From positions 1 to 30,408 of the forward strand of contig JAKSRN010000001.1 of NCBI GenBank assembly GCA_024403585.1: a stretch of 30,408 nucleotides of DNA, given 5' to 3'. The first letter of the stretch is position 1; each line of letters opens with the position of its first letter. Source of the DNA: Lachnospiraceae bacterium (GTDB lineage Bacteria > Bacillota > Clostridia > Lachnospirales > Lachnospiraceae). Below, piece after piece: positions 17,175-24,647 of the stretch. Made by a program: the position numbers and the translations under genes. The notes under the pieces are model-generated. The model worked only from the letters and a program-made list of their open reading frames with translations, made no database searches and was not told the origin of the DNA.

Positions 17175-17858
17175 ATGAAGAATAAATTATTAGCAGCAAC
17201 TTTAGGAATTCTCCTGGCGATCGGATGTATCGGAATCAGTGTATCAAAAGTATCTGCAGAGCCTGATATGGAATCTACAGTGGAAGCTGAAGAGACAGAA
17301 GAATCTGCGGAAGCTGAAGAGGAGGAGACAGTGCCGGAGGAAGATGCTGACACTGTTCCGGAAGAAGACGCAGAAGCAGAAGAAAAAAAAGAGGAAGAAA
17401 CAGAGGTCAAAGCAGAATCAGAAGAGAAAGAAGAGGATGCGGAGATCACCGGAATGAAGATCACACTTGAAAATGAGCTTCAGGCGGATATAATTTCTGT
17501 AGAAGTGGCAGCATTCTCCAATGAAGTATATTCAGAGAATCTTTTGAAAAAAGATCAGATTTTCGCAGCCGGAGAGTCCTGTACCATTGGTGTTCCTGAA
17601 GAGTTTCAGGATGCGGATCTGGGTATGTATAATGTTCGGATCACTCTGGCAGACGGAAGCATTCAGGAAATCCCATTGGTTCCGCTTTTGGAAAATGTAA
17701 TCGGAACAGTGTATCCGGATAACGGAATTGTTCTGATCAGAGTTCGTGATGAGCGTCTGGAAGCTGAAGCAGAACCGGTCAGTGAAGCAGAGATTCAGCA
17801 GACGGAAGCTGAAGCAAGCCAGATCATGGCAGAAATCCTCTCTGCAGAATTAGAATAA
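17175..17858 (+). CDS. Secreted acidic protein of unknown function, 227 aa
   Basis: Signal peptide (VSA|E), Glu-rich low-complexity linker, a compact probably beta-rich domain of about 100 aa, and an acidic helical tail. SD AGAGGTG upstream. Confidence 0.8.
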   Translation: MKNKLLAATLGILLAIGCIGISVSKVSAEPDMESTVEAEETEESAEAEEEETVPEEDADTVPEEDAEAEEKKEEETEVKAESEEKEEDAEITGMKITLENELQADIISVEVAAFSNEVYSENLLKKDQIFAAGESCTIGVPEEFQDADLGMYNVRITLADGSIQEIPLVPLLENVIGTVYPDNGIVLIRVRDERLEAEAEPVSEAEIQQTEAEASQIMAEILSAELE

Positions 17859-17883
17859 CAAGAATAGGAAAGGTCAATAAGCG

Positions 17884-20196
17884 ATGTTGGACACTAAGAA
17901 AAAGAAGGATGTAAGATCCACGAACAAGCCGGCTTCCGGAAGTATAGGATTGAAGATCCTGAATGGTATTTTTACCCTGCTGGCAATATTATTTGCATCA
18001 GTAGCGACTCTTGCATTCCGCTCTTATCACTGGGCAATGAATACATGGAGTGAACTCTCAATGGAAGAGATTGTCTATCATATGAACACCACGATCGAGG
18101 GTGCGGATGATATGATCGGACAGTATATTAAAGCATGTGTGATCATAACGGTTGTTGTGATGCTGCTGCTTATCGTTGTATTCATTCTTTTAAGAAAGAA
18201 AAGGGTGATCACTCATATCCTGCAGGCAGTTCTTATCATTGCATCTGTAGTTGTTATGGTGAATACCTATAGTCATTTTAATAAAGACGTCGGAGTTTCT
18301 GATTATATGGAAGCTCAGGAGACCTATTCTTCCTTTATTGATGATAATTATGTGGATCCGAATGACGTACAGCTGACATTCCCTGAGAAGAAAAGAAATC
18401 TGGTTTACATCTTCCTGGAATCCATGGAGAATACCTATTCTGATGAAGCATCAGGAGGAGCCTTCCCTGAGAACTGTATTCCGGAGCTGACTCAGATTTC
18501 CATGGAGAATGAGAACTTCTCCGGATCAGAAGGCGGACTGAACGGCGGTATTCCGCTGAAGGGATCTACCTGGACCATCGGTGCCATGTTTGCACAGACA
18601 TCCGGACTTCCTTTGAACCTTCCGATCGATAAGAATGCCATGAGTACACAGAATGATTTCTTCCCTGGTGTGACTGCGCTGGGAGACATTCTGAAAAACA
18701 ATGGCTATGCTCAGACACTGTGCATCGGTTCTGATGCAGCCTTTGGAGGCCGCGACCTGTATTTTAAAGGTCATGGTGATTTTACAATTAAAGACTACTA
18801 TGCAGCCATCAATGATGGAAAGATTCCATCTGATTATTACGTATGGTGGGGATTTGAAGATAAATACCTGATGGATAATGCCAAGGAAGAGATGACTAAG
18901 CTTGCTTCCGGCACACAGCCATTCAATTTTACCATGCTGACTGTTGATACTCACTTTGAAGATGGTTATGTATGTTCTGATTGTGAAAGCAACTACGGAA
19001 CACAGTATTCCAATGTAATGGCTTGTTCCAGCAAGAAGATCAACGAGCTTGTCGGATGGATCAAACAGCAGCCATGGTATGAGAATACTACAATTGTGAT
19101 CTCCGGAGACCATCTCACCATGGACAGAGATTATTGTGAAGATGTTCCTGATAATTATGAAAGAACAGTATACACAACTGTTATCAATGCTCCGTTAGAA
19201 AGAGAAACACAGGACAGAAGAACCATCTGTACCTTTGATAACTTCCCAACTACTCTGGCCGCACTGGGAGTAGAGATCGAAGGAAATCGACTGGGTCTCG
19301 GAACCAATCTGTATTCCTCCGAGCCAACCCTTCTGGAACGTTATTCTGTGAAAGAGGCCAATGAGGGATTGCAGCAGAAATCTGAGTTGATGGACAACCT
19401 TCTTGCCGGCATCAATACCAAGCTTGCAGATTGTAAGATTTCTGATTATAATCCTGTTACAAAAACAATTTCTGTAGAGATCAGTAATATTCAGTATAAG
19501 AAACCGCTGCGCTCCATCGATATTCAGATCTATGGCCGTAAGGACAAGAAGGATATCAAGTATTATAAGATGAATGACGACGGTGATGGTACCTATTCAT
19601 TCGAGATTCCTATGATGGAACACAATGCAAACGGTGTTTACAATATCCAGGTTCTTGGTGATACGGACGATCCGAGTCTGACCAAGATTCCGTTTGGTAC
19701 AAAGAAAGTTACTGTAGAGGATCCGACATTTACAGAAACCCTTGAGTCCATGGAGGTTCTTGAGAGTAAAGGAACTCTGATCGTGGAGGATTACAATGCA
19801 GAAACAGACACAATGAACATTTATGCTGTTGACGTAGAGACTCCAAACGGAGTTATGGATGTTTCCTGTGCTGTATGGAGTAAAGGTGACCAGTCTGATC
19901 TTCGCTGGATCGGTGCTACTGAGGTCGATGATGGTATCTACCTCATGCAGGTTCATGGAAGTGACTTTGGACAGACCAAGAATACACTTTCTATCCATCT
20001 GTATATCACAGATATGCAGGGTGAAGCGATTCTTCTCCACGCAGATAAGGCAGAGCTGATCGATCAGAGAACTCCGGAAGAAATTGCGGCTGATCAGACA
20101 GCTACAGATGCAAATACACCTGATGCCAATGCTGCAGGTGAGACTCCTGTCGAAGCAGTTCCTCCAACAGAGAATACAGAAACAGTTACAGAATAA
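17884..20196 (+). CDS. LTA synthase/OpgB-like phosphoglycerol transferase (alkaline phosphatase superfamily) with 2 C-terminal Bsp-like repeats, 770 aa
   Basis: About 3 N-terminal TM helices; KRNLVYIFLESME, TWTIGAMFAQTSGLPL (OpgB-like catalytic Thr), TVDTHF, ISGDH metal ligands. C-terminal repeats IYGRKDKKDIKYY...H...G.Y and AVWSKGDQSDLRW...IHLY at about 19460-20050. Confidence 0.88.
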   Translation: MLDTKKKKDVRSTNKPASGSIGLKILNGIFTLLAILFASVATLAFRSYHWAMNTWSELSMEEIVYHMNTTIEGADDMIGQYIKACVIITVVVMLLLIVVFILLRKKRVITHILQAVLIIASVVVMVNTYSHFNKDVGVSDYMEAQETYSSFIDDNYVDPNDVQLTFPEKKRNLVYIFLESMENTYSDEASGGAFPENCIPELTQISMENENFSGSEGGLNGGIPLKGSTWTIGAMFAQTSGLPLNLPIDKNAMSTQNDFFPGVTALGDILKNNGYAQTLCIGSDAAFGGRDLYFKGHGDFTIKDYYAAINDGKIPSDYYVWWGFEDKYLMDNAKEEMTKLASGTQPFNFTMLTVDTHFEDGYVCSDCESNYGTQYSNVMACSSKKINELVGWIKQQPWYENTTIVISGDHLTMDRDYCEDVPDNYERTVYTTVINAPLERETQDRRTICTFDNFPTTLAALGVEIEGNRLGLGTNLYSSEPTLLERYSVKEANEGLQQKSELMDNLLAGINTKLADCKISDYNPVTKTISVEISNIQYKKPLRSIDIQIYGRKDKKDIKYYKMNDDGDGTYSFEIPMMEHNANGVYNIQVLGDTDDPSLTKIPFGTKKVTVEDPTFTETLESMEVLESKGTLIVEDYNAETDTMNIYAVDVETPNGVMDVSCAVWSKGDQSDLRWIGATEVDDGIYLMQVHGSDFGQTKNTLSIHLYITDMQGEAILLHADKAELIDQRTPEEIAADQTATDANTPDANAAGETPVEAVPPTENTETVTE

Positions 20197-20212
20197 TTTG
20201 CGTAAATCAGAT

Positions 20213-20260
20213 GCTGCTCTTAACTGGAAATACACTTCGTGGTTAAGAGCAGCGTTTTTA
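20213..20260 (+). terminator. Terminator-like hairpin between the LtaS/OpgB-like gene and the GT-C/Gtr module
   Basis: 12-bp perfect stem gctgctcttaac (20213-20224) and gttaagagcagc (20242-20253), 17-nt loop, followed by GTTTTTA. Confidence 0.6.
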
Positions 20261-20277
20261 TAATGGGGTACGTGCAG

Positions 20278-22005
20278 ATGGAAAAGAAAAAAAGAAATAC
20301 GTTCATAACAGGAGGCATCATGCTTGTTGCGGCCATCTGCAGAATCGGCCTGGCCAACTGGCTTGGAATATGGTTCCCCTGTGCACAGGTTTATGATGAT
20401 GCATTGCTGGTGAGATATGCAGATCTGACCAGCCACTTTAATGAGCCGAATATCGACTCTCTTTTGAAATATCTGGGATATCCGGTATATCTGAATGCAG
20501 TTTCAAAAACACCTTTTTCTTATGCAACGGTTACAGCAGCTGTGTGGATCCTTGCAGCACTTTGTGTGTTTTTTGTGGCAAAACGTTTGACAGGAAACAG
20601 GATTTTTTCTCTGGTGGCTTACCTGTATACCCTGTATCTTCCGGTGGCATTTGATCTGTATTGCGGAACAAGACTGTATCGTAATGCGCTCATTGCGCCA
20701 TTCGCATGTATCAGTCTGACCTGTATGGGATGGCTGATCCTGTATATAAAAGACGATAAAAGAAGTATAGTGAAAAGTATCCTGCTGGGAATTCTGACAG
20801 GTGTTTCCTTTACCTGGTGTTATTATATGAAAGAGGATGGCATCTGGCTGAAGGCATGTCTGCTCTTTACCTTCTTATATGCAGGTATCTCTTTTCTTGT
20901 ATGTCTGATTCGGAAAAGACAGAGAAATCTGAGGGCCGTTGTTTCTGCGCTCCTTCTTGCTGCAATCCCGGTCCTGATCTATAAATATACGACGATTCAG
21001 TATACGAATAAGAATTATGAATCCTTTGGTGTCTATGACCTGAATACCAGGACAGAGGGCCAGCTGGGTGAATTCGTTAATTCTGTTTACAAAATAAAAT
21101 CGGAAAACCGCACAGCAGATGTGTGGGCACCTTATGATGCGATCGTTCAGGCTTTTGAGGCTTCCCCAACACTGTCAGAGCATCCGGAACTCCTTCAGGC
21201 AGTTCATGATTCTCCTTGGAGAGCAGGTAATGTTGAAGAGAATCCTATCACCGGTGATTTCCTTACCTGGGTTCTGAGAACTGCTCTGGATAATACGCAT
21301 ATATGGGAGGATGAAAAGCAGATCAGTGATTTGTTTGGAAAAGTTAATAAAGAGATCCAGACTGCTTTTGACGATGGAAGACTTCAGAAGGAAACAGACC
21401 GTATCCAGCTTCTGGGCAGTGCAGGAGGACGTACGATCCCTGAGATCCTCGATCTGTTTCCACTTGTGGTTGAAAGTTTTAAGGGCGTGATCGTACAAAA
21501 GGGTGTACAGCCCGGATGTCTTCTTGTAGGTCCGGAAGAGATTGAGGGACAGCCGGAGCTTTGCGAAGCAGCTGCAGAGCTGACACATACGGAATATCTT
21601 ACGGACTATTCCTTCCGATTCAATACTGTTCTGAGAGCAACTGCATTCTGCCGTGTGCTCACAATGATCTATATGGGATTGAATCTTGTTCTGTTCCTGG
21701 GATCTGTGGGGATCATTCTCTTTCAGATCTTCGTATTCCTGGTTCATCTGGGACATATGAAAAAATACAGGAAGGAGCGGGGAGCCGCTTTTGAAAAAAC
21801 CTTCATGGCCCTGGTGATGTATGGGGTGGCATGTGTTTATGCGTTCGGAATCTGCTGGTTTTCCTCTTTCCTTGGCGAACAGGCCCTGGTATTTTTGAAT
21901 TACTATAATATTGCACTACCATGTATCATGACACTGGCTTATCTGCTGTCATGGTCATCCTTGTTTGGAAATAAGATAAAAAGAAAAAATAAAGGAGAGA
22001 ATTGA
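20278..22005 (+). CDS. Polytopic membrane protein, probable GT-C glycosyltransferase (GtrC/GacL-like role)
   Basis: About 11-12 TM segments; acidic YDD motif in the first external loop; large external loop at about aa 260-460. Start moved to ATG 20278 (GGGG SD-like element upstream). The GT-C call rests on topology and context. Confidence 0.6.
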   Translation: MEKKKRNTFITGGIMLVAAICRIGLANWLGIWFPCAQVYDDALLVRYADLTSHFNEPNIDSLLKYLGYPVYLNAVSKTPFSYATVTAAVWILAALCVFFVAKRLTGNRIFSLVAYLYTLYLPVAFDLYCGTRLYRNALIAPFACISLTCMGWLILYIKDDKRSIVKSILLGILTGVSFTWCYYMKEDGIWLKACLLFTFLYAGISFLVCLIRKRQRNLRAVVSALLLAAIPVLIYKYTTIQYTNKNYESFGVYDLNTRTEGQLGEFVNSVYKIKSENRTADVWAPYDAIVQAFEASPTLSEHPELLQAVHDSPWRAGNVEENPITGDFLTWVLRTALDNTHIWEDEKQISDLFGKVNKEIQTAFDDGRLQKETDRIQLLGSAGGRTIPEILDLFPLVVESFKGVIVQKGVQPGCLLVGPEEIEGQPELCEAAAELTHTEYLTDYSFRFNTVLRATAFCRVLTMIYMGLNLVLFLGSVGIILFQIFVFLVHLGHMKKYRKERGAAFEKTFMALVMYGVACVYAFGICWFSSFLGEQALVFLNYYNIALPCIMTLAYLLSWSSLFGNKIKRKNKGEN

Positions 22006-22976
22006 TGGATAAGATTGCGGTTTTGATTCCGTGTTATAACGAAAGCAAGACAATCGAGAAGGTTGTTAAGGATTTTAAGGCTGCTTTACCTGAAGCAGTG
22101 ATCTATGTGTATGATAATAATTCCAGTGATGGGACTGATGAGATTGCCCGAAAAGCAGGGGCAGTCGTAAAATACGAGCATAAGCAGGGAAAAGGTAACG
22201 TAATCAGAAGAATGTTCCGTGATATTGATGCAGAATGCTATATCATGGCAGATGGAGATGATACTTACCCTGCAGAACATGCACCGGAGATGGCCAAACT
22301 GGTTCTTGAAAAGAAGGTGGATATGGTTGTAGGAGACAGACTTTCTTCTACTTATTTTGAAGAGAATAAGAGACCTTTCCATAACATGGGCAATTCTGTA
22401 GTGCGTGGCGGTATCAATCTGCTCTTTAAGAGCGATATCAAAGACATCATGACCGGTTACAGAGCATTCAGCTACCTGTTTGTAAAATCATTCCCGGTTC
22501 TTTCCAAAGGATTTGAGATCGAGACAGAGATGTCCATTCATGCCATTGACAAAAATATGTACGTGGAGAATGTGGTCATTACCTACAGGGATCGTCCGGA
22601 AGGAAGTGAGTCTAAGCTGAATACTGTATCCGATGGATTAAAAGTACTGAGAACCATCGCTCGTCTTTTCCGCAATTACAAGCCGATGCAGTTCTTTGGT
22701 ATTATTGCAGCAGTGCTTGCCTGCATATCAACTGCTTTCTTTATTCCTGTTCTTGTGAACTATATTCATACAGGACTTGTACCACAGTTCCCGACACTGA
22801 TCGTATGTGGTTTTGTGATGGTGATCGCGATCCAGTCTCTCTTTGCCGGTCTGATCCTGCAGAATATGGTACAGAAAAACAGACAGGATTTTGAGCTGGA
22901 GCTGATCAAGATCCGTGATATGGAGCAGAGATTATTAGGAAAACGAAAAAGATGCGTACAGAAACAGGCTCAGTAA
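22005..22976 (+). CDS. GT2 polyprenol-phosphate glycosyltransferase (GtrB/CsbB/DPM1-like), 323 aa
   Basis: IAVLIPCYNE, YVYDNNSSD, KQGKGN, MADGDDTY, MVVGDR, DIMTGYRAFS, GFEIETE, YRDRPEGSESKL, two C-terminal TM helices. TGATG coupling with the upstream gene; SD AGGAG. Confidence 0.9.
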   Translation: MDKIAVLIPCYNESKTIEKVVKDFKAALPEAVIYVYDNNSSDGTDEIARKAGAVVKYEHKQGKGNVIRRMFRDIDAECYIMADGDDTYPAEHAPEMAKLVLEKKVDMVVGDRLSSTYFEENKRPFHNMGNSVVRGGINLLFKSDIKDIMTGYRAFSYLFVKSFPVLSKGFEIETEMSIHAIDKNMYVENVVITYRDRPEGSESKLNTVSDGLKVLRTIARLFRNYKPMQFFGIIAAVLACISTAFFIPVLVNYIHTGLVPQFPTLIVCGFVMVIAIQSLFAGLILQNMVQKNRQDFELELIKIRDMEQRLLGKRKRCVQKQAQ

Positions 22977-24079
22977 AGAAAGGGACCAGGATTCATTGGA
23001 TTGACGGTTTGCGAGGAATCGGATGTCTGTGTATTTTCTTCCATCACTTTTGTCTGAAGTATTACCCTGCCACCTACTGGGGACCGGCTGAAGAGAGCCG
23101 GATCCGCTGGGGGCTGGATGCAAAACTGGCAAATATGCCTTTTGTGTTTGTGATCAATGGAAATTTCTGGGTGTGTGTATACCTCTTGCTTTGCGGAATG
23201 GTTGTAGTGAATAAAACACTTGATCAGATGTACGGTCACAGATTGACCTATTATCTAAGATACTTTGTCAAACGATACTTTACACTGGTGCTGCCGATCT
23301 TCATTGCTGAGATGCTGATGTTTGCAGGCAGTCGTCTGTTCCCGGCCTATGTGATTCCGGATATCAGACAGACCATACCTTTTTTCCATTTTTTGAAGAG
23401 TACATTCTGGTCAGTACTATTTGTTTGTGATACTTCTGTGCTGGGTTCTTTGTGGACGATGCAGGCTATTTTTCTTGGTGGTCTGATCGTGCTGCTGATT
23501 CACCTGCTGTTTCAGAAGCGGATCGTAAAGATCCTTCTTCTTTTGCTTGTGATGGTTTTGTTTTTACGAACAAGTGACCACTGGTATTTTGCACCTGTTA
23601 TGGCGGGCGGAATCTTCTGGCTTCTGTTTCCTGAAATCAGGGACTTTGGAGGCTGCCCGGCAGGAGTGGTCAGTTTTATCATCGGATGCTTTTTAGCAGC
23701 ATATCCATCCGGACTTGTTCCGGAGAGCGGGGTGTATGGATTGCTTCCGGCAGTGAAATACGGTCCGTTTTTTTATCATTTTATTGGAGCAATCCTGTTT
23801 GTTTACGGAATTGCCAGATTGCAGGTTCTTCGGACTCTGTTTGGATGCCGAGCTGCAAGATGGCTTGGAAGGATTGCCTACCCTTTCTATGTTCTGCATG
23901 GTTTTTTTATAAAACTGATGGGCGTTGTCTTTGCCGGATTAAGTAAGGGAATCGCATCCTACTCCTTGCGTGTGGGTATATGTGCGGTTCTGGCATTGGC
24001 ATTCTGTCTGATCGCGTCCTGGTGTTATGCAAGCTATCTGGAACCGCGATGGAATAAGATAATCAAAAAAATTGCCTGA
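22952..24079 (+). CDS. Acyltransferase family 3 (OafA/WecH-like membrane O-acyltransferase), 375 aa
   Basis: WIDGLRGIGCLCIFFHH, KRYFTL, SLWTM, LGRIAYPFYVLH, and about 10 TM helices. No fused SGNH domain. Confidence 0.9.
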   Translation: MRTETGSVKKGTRIHWIDGLRGIGCLCIFFHHFCLKYYPATYWGPAEESRIRWGLDAKLANMPFVFVINGNFWVCVYLLLCGMVVVNKTLDQMYGHRLTYYLRYFVKRYFTLVLPIFIAEMLMFAGSRLFPAYVIPDIRQTIPFFHFLKSTFWSVLFVCDTSVLGSLWTMQAIFLGGLIVLLIHLLFQKRIVKILLLLLVMVLFLRTSDHWYFAPVMAGGIFWLLFPEIRDFGGCPAGVVSFIIGCFLAAYPSGLVPESGVYGLLPAVKYGPFFYHFIGAILFVYGIARLQVLRTLFGCRAARWLGRIAYPFYVLHGFFIKLMGVVFAGLSKGIASYSLRVGICAVLALAFCLIASWCYASYLEPRWNKIIKKIA

Positions 24080-24098
24080 AAGGAGACTGTCAATTAAT

Positions 24099-24509
24099 AT
24101 GTCAGGAAAACAGGGAGGCTTGAGCAAGCTTTTTGAACAGCTGATCAAATTCGGAATCGTTGGCGTAATAGCATTTTTCATAGATTATGGTGCAATGGTA
24201 TTGCTGACAGAGTGCTTTCATATCTATTATCTTTTGTCAGCACTGATCTCTTTTGTTCTCTCAGTGATCTTTAATTACATAGCCAGCATGCGTTATGTAT
24301 TCGTCGGACGAGAGGATATGAGCAAGTCAAGAGAGTTTACGATCTTTATTGTGTTGAGTGTGATCGGTCTGGGAATCAATGAATTGTTCATGTGGCTTAT
24401 GGTAGACAAACTTACCATTAACTATATGATCTCAAAGATTTTTGTAACTGCACTTGTAATGGTCTGGAATTTTATTACAAGGAAGATTTTTCTGGAGGCA
24501 AAACAGTAA
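24099..24509 (+). CDS. GtrA-family flippase, 136 aa
   Basis: QLIKFGIVG, FIDYG, SVIFNY...RYVF, SKIFVTALVMVWNFITRKIFL, four TM helices. Start moved to ATG 24099 (SD AGGAG). Confidence 0.92.
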   Translation: MSGKQGGLSKLFEQLIKFGIVGVIAFFIDYGAMVLLTECFHIYYLLSALISFVLSVIFNYIASMRYVFVGREDMSKSREFTIFIVLSVIGLGINELFMWLMVDKLTINYMISKIFVTALVMVWNFITRKIFLEAKQ

Positions 24510-24535
24510 AAAGTATTACAAAAAGCAAGCGAAAA

Positions 24536-24552
24536 TGTAACGAAAATGTAAT
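24536..24552 (+). promoter_or_regulatory. WalR(YycF)-type direct-repeat box TGTAAC-N5-TGTAAT
   Basis: tgtaac gaaaa tgtaat matches the consensus TGTWAH-N5-TGTWAH. It lies within an exact 11-bp tandem (cgaaaatgtaa x2, 24530-24551) and ends 6 nt upstream of a -35. Confidence 0.62.
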
Positions 24553-24558
24553 AAACTC

Positions 24559-24588
24559 TTGGCGTAGCCAGGTTTTCTGTGATACTAT
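24559..24588 (+). promoter_or_regulatory. Sigma-A-type promoter for the Bsp-L,D-transpeptidase gene
   Basis: TTGGCG (24559-24564), N18, TACTAT (24583-24588), with extended -10 TG at 24580-24581. Confidence 0.6.
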
Positions 24589-24647
24589 AGGAAGATGAAA
24601 AGAATGATCATGGATCAATAGATTAAAAAAGGATAAAGGAGGAGAGT

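Noticed and set aside
17175-17270. Lipoprotein signal in the 227-aa protein (LAIGC)
   Set aside because: Ala at -3 is off the lipobox consensus, and a good SPase I site (VSA|E) follows.
10031-24098. ORF-track starts at 10031, 12452, 20239, 22002 and 24072
   Set aside because: They overlap upstream genes or hairpins or lack an SD. Downstream starts at 10076, 12476, 20278, 22005 and 24099 fit SD position and family N-termini better.
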